From assembly GCA_051747785.1 (NCBI GenBank), contig JBNJGN010000002.1, forward strand, positions 1 through 42,562: a stretch of DNA of 42,562 nt, given 5' to 3'. The position numbers and the translations under genes are program-made. The first letter of the stretch is position 1; each line of letters opens with the position of its first letter. Positions 40,451-42,562 of this stretch are shown one piece after another. The stretch comes from Patescibacteria group bacterium. GTDB taxonomy: Bacteria > Patescibacteriota > Minisyncoccia > Phycocordibacterales > CSBR16-193. The notes under the pieces are model-generated. The model was not told where the DNA came from. It was given only the letters and a program-made list of their open reading frames with translations, and did no database searches.

Positions 40451-42166
40451 ATGCACAAACTCCGTATCTACATTCTCTTTTTCGGGATAGCTATCTTCGC
40501 CGTTGCTTTAGGTGGCAGGCTTTTTTTTGTTCAGGTTGTGGAAGCTGATAGATACATATCTAAAGCAGAAGATCAGTATGTTAAAAGAAATTACCACTTT
40601 TATGATAGAGGCAGCATCTATTTTAAGGACATAGAAGGAGATCTGGTTTCGGCAGCTACTGTTAAGAGTGGATATCTGGTTACTATTAATTCTGAACTCA
40701 TTAGCGATCCTGAGAAAACCGCCAAGGAGTTAGAAGACGCTATTGGCCTTGAAAGGGAGCGGTTTATGGAACATTACAAAAAAATGAAGGAATACAGAGA
40801 AGTTGCTTCAAGGCTTAGTGAAGAGGAGGCAAAAAAGGTCCGTTCTTTAGGATTGGAGGGGGTTTTTCTGTATCCTGAACATTGGCGTTTTTATCCCGGA
40901 AGGGAAATTGCTTCGCATGCCATAGGTTTTACTAGTTTTAAGGATGATGATTATGGTGGCAGGTATGGATTGGAGAGAGAGTATGAAGATATCTTAAAAA
41001 GACCCGACAATGATTATAAGGTGGATTTTTTCGCTAAAATATTCGGTAATATCAGTAAAGGCTTTCCGGTTTCCGGTAGTACTCAAAAAGAGAAAAGGGG
41101 GGATGTAATAACTACCATTGAGCCTGTGGTACAGGCCTTTCTTGAGCAGGAATTGGAAAATATTAATAAAAAATGGGAAAGTAAAAAAATTGGAGGGATC
41201 ATAATAGACCCTTCTACCGGTGCTATAAAAGCTATGGCGTCACGTCCGACATTTGACCTCAATAATTTTTCAGAAGTTGATTCCGGATCCGTTTTCGCCA
41301 ACCCTTTGGTTGAAAGGGTTTACGAAATGGGTTCGGTGGTAAAGCCCTTAACTATGGCTGCTGGGTTGGATAGCGGAGCGGTTAATGTAAATGATACCTA
41401 CTATGATAGCGGGAGGGTTTCGCTTGATGGATATGTTATTTCTAACTTTGACGGTAGAAGTAATGGCGAGTCTTCTATGCAAGATGTATTAAATAAATCA
41501 ATAAATACCGGAGTTGTATATGTAATGGAGGAGATGGGAACGGATAAATTTTCAAAGTATATGCGAGCCTTCGGTTTGGATTCCAAGACCGGAATTGATC
41601 TTCCCAATGAATCGGAGAACTTACTTAGGAATTTTGATAGTCCCAGATCTATAGAATATGCAACCGCCTCTTTCGGACAAGGTGTTGCCGTGACCCCTAT
41701 CGGCATGACTCGTGCGCTATCTGCTCTGGCCAATGGGGGTGAGATAATTACCCCTTATTTGGCAGAAGGTATAAAGAAAGATAGTGGTGAAATAATTAAT
41801 ATATCTAAGGAGGTTGATCATTCCAGAAGGGTTTTAAAAGAAGAGACATCCAAGGAGATATCAAGAATGCTGGTAAATACAGTAGATGAAGCACTTATGC
41901 ATGGAGATGTCGCCTTGGAGAATCATAGTGTTGCCGCTAAAACAGGTACGGCACAGATCCCTGATCCTAAAGAAGGTGGTTATAAGGACGATGAATTTCT
42001 ACATTCATTTTTTGGATATTTTCCGGCTTACGACCCTGATTTTTTAATCTTTCTATATCATATAGAACCGCAGGGGGCGATGTATGCATCGCAGACACTT
42101 ACTGAACCTTTTATGAATATTACTAATTTCTTGATACAGTATTATGATATAAGTCCTGATAGGTAA
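40451..42166 (+). CDS. ftsI: Penicillin-binding protein (class B, FtsI/PBP3-like, divisome)
   Basis: N-terminal TM, PBP dimerisation domain, SxxK (GSVVKP), SxN (SIN) and KTGTA. Confidence 0.85.
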   Translation: MHKLRIYILFFGIAIFAVALGGRLFFVQVVEADRYISKAEDQYVKRNYHFYDRGSIYFKDIEGDLVSAATVKSGYLVTINSELISDPEKTAKELEDAIGLERERFMEHYKKMKEYREVASRLSEEEAKKVRSLGLEGVFLYPEHWRFYPGREIASHAIGFTSFKDDDYGGRYGLEREYEDILKRPDNDYKVDFFAKIFGNISKGFPVSGSTQKEKRGDVITTIEPVVQAFLEQELENINKKWESKKIGGIIIDPSTGAIKAMASRPTFDLNNFSEVDSGSVFANPLVERVYEMGSVVKPLTMAAGLDSGAVNVNDTYYDSGRVSLDGYVISNFDGRSNGESSMQDVLNKSINTGVVYVMEEMGTDKFSKYMRAFGLDSKTGIDLPNESENLLRNFDSPRSIEYATASFGQGVAVTPIGMTRALSALANGGEIITPYLAEGIKKDSGEIINISKEVDHSRRVLKEETSKEISRMLVNTVDEALMHGDVALENHSVAAKTGTAQIPDPKEGGYKDDEFLHSFFGYFPAYDPDFLIFLYHIEPQGAMYASQTLTEPFMNITNFLIQYYDISPDR

Positions 42167-42169
42167 TTT

Positions 42170-42562
42170 ATGAAACATTTATTAAGAATAATAGTTGTTA
42201 AGATAATTGAGCTCCAGGCTCGTCTGGCTCTTAGGGTCCATCGTCCTTATGTAATAGCGATAACCGGGAATGTGGGGAAAACTTCGGCAAAAGAGGCTGT
42301 TTTCTATGTTATCTCCTCTTCTCACCATACCCGTAAAAGTCAGAAAAGTTTTAATAGTGAGATAGGAGTTCCTTTGACTATATTAGGGTGTCCGACCGGT
42401 TGGAGCGATCCTTTTGTTTGGATGAGGAATATAATAAAAGGTTTTAAAGTGATCGCTTTTACTAGAAAATATCCGGACTATTTGGTTTTGGAGATCGGAG
42501 CTGATCATCCCGGGGATATTAAAAAGGTCTGTAAGTGGCTCTCGCCTAATAGTGGAGTTGTT
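42170..42562 (+). CDS. murF: Mur ligase, MurF-like (UDP-MurNAc-tripeptide--D-Ala-D-Ala ligase), N-terminal fragment; the 3' end lies outside the window
   Basis: My own translation gives MKHLLRIIVVKIIELQARLALRVHRPYVIAITGNVGKTSAKEA...FNSEIGVPLTILG...LVLEIGADHPGDI. It shows a Mur P-loop, the MurF-type N-x-IGVP-T block and a Walker-B-like EIGA. The frame is open to the window end. Confidence 0.7.
   Translation, partial: MKHLLRIIVVKIIELQARLALRVHRPYVIAITGNVGKTSAKEAVFYVISSSHHTRKSQKSFNSEIGVPLTILGCPTGWSDPFVWMRNIIKGFKVIAFTRKYPDYLVLEIGADHPGDIKKVCKWLSPNSGVV

Noticed and set aside
1-42562. An alternative genetic code (UGA reassigned, as in some candidate phyla).
   Set aside because: TGA closes several genes exactly where conserved domains end (for example 2164-2166, 5529-5531, 6543-6545 and 7142-7144). 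The conserved proteins here contain no in-frame TGA.

Overview
This is an AT-rich 42.6-kb bacterial chromosomal segment that reads with the standard code: TGA, TAA and TAG all end well-supported genes. It holds about 45 protein genes, all but two on the + strand, plus one tRNA-Gly(CCC) on the - strand. Most of the content is housekeeping or cell-envelope. It includes a YvcK-like fragment, a membrane-anchored SNase-type nuclease, a VanY-type carboxypeptidase and two NUDIX hydrolases. There is a MacAB-like efflux operon (HlyD-type adaptor, ABC ATPase, two paralogous FtsX-type permeases). Also present are endonuclease IV, a PIF1-like helicase, a CAP-domain protein, a HAD hydrolase, a P-type cation ATPase, frr, rseP, proS, mreBCD-mrdA and greA. 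The window ends with the start of a dcw cluster (mraZ-rsmH-ftsL-ftsI-murF-like). Compact genes, a short ProRS without an editing insertion, and many short acidic hypothetical proteins fit a reduced-genome lineage such as CPR/Patescibacteria; this is inference only. The stand-out region is the centre of the window (20.9-27.1 kb). A 171-aa protein and a 1,482-aa highly acidic protein with no signal peptide share a recurring ~40-aa helical module (5 copies). They flank a polytopic membrane protein with a lycopene-cyclase-type domain. The giant ORF carries near-identical 114/144-nt coding repeats and a 54/108-nt tandem array encoding a P/Q/M/G/Y-rich prion-like tract. Other points worth a second look are an HPP domain fused to a pore-less voltage-sensor-like domain, a GC-rich single-gene lipoprotein islet with CGN-biased Arg codons, and extended -10 boxes placed where leaderless mRNAs would start. 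There are also MraZ-box-like direct repeats, a beta-rich insertion in the efflux adaptor hairpin, and a Mur ligase lacking the usual N-terminal domain. All homology calls come from motif recognition by eye; no searches were run.
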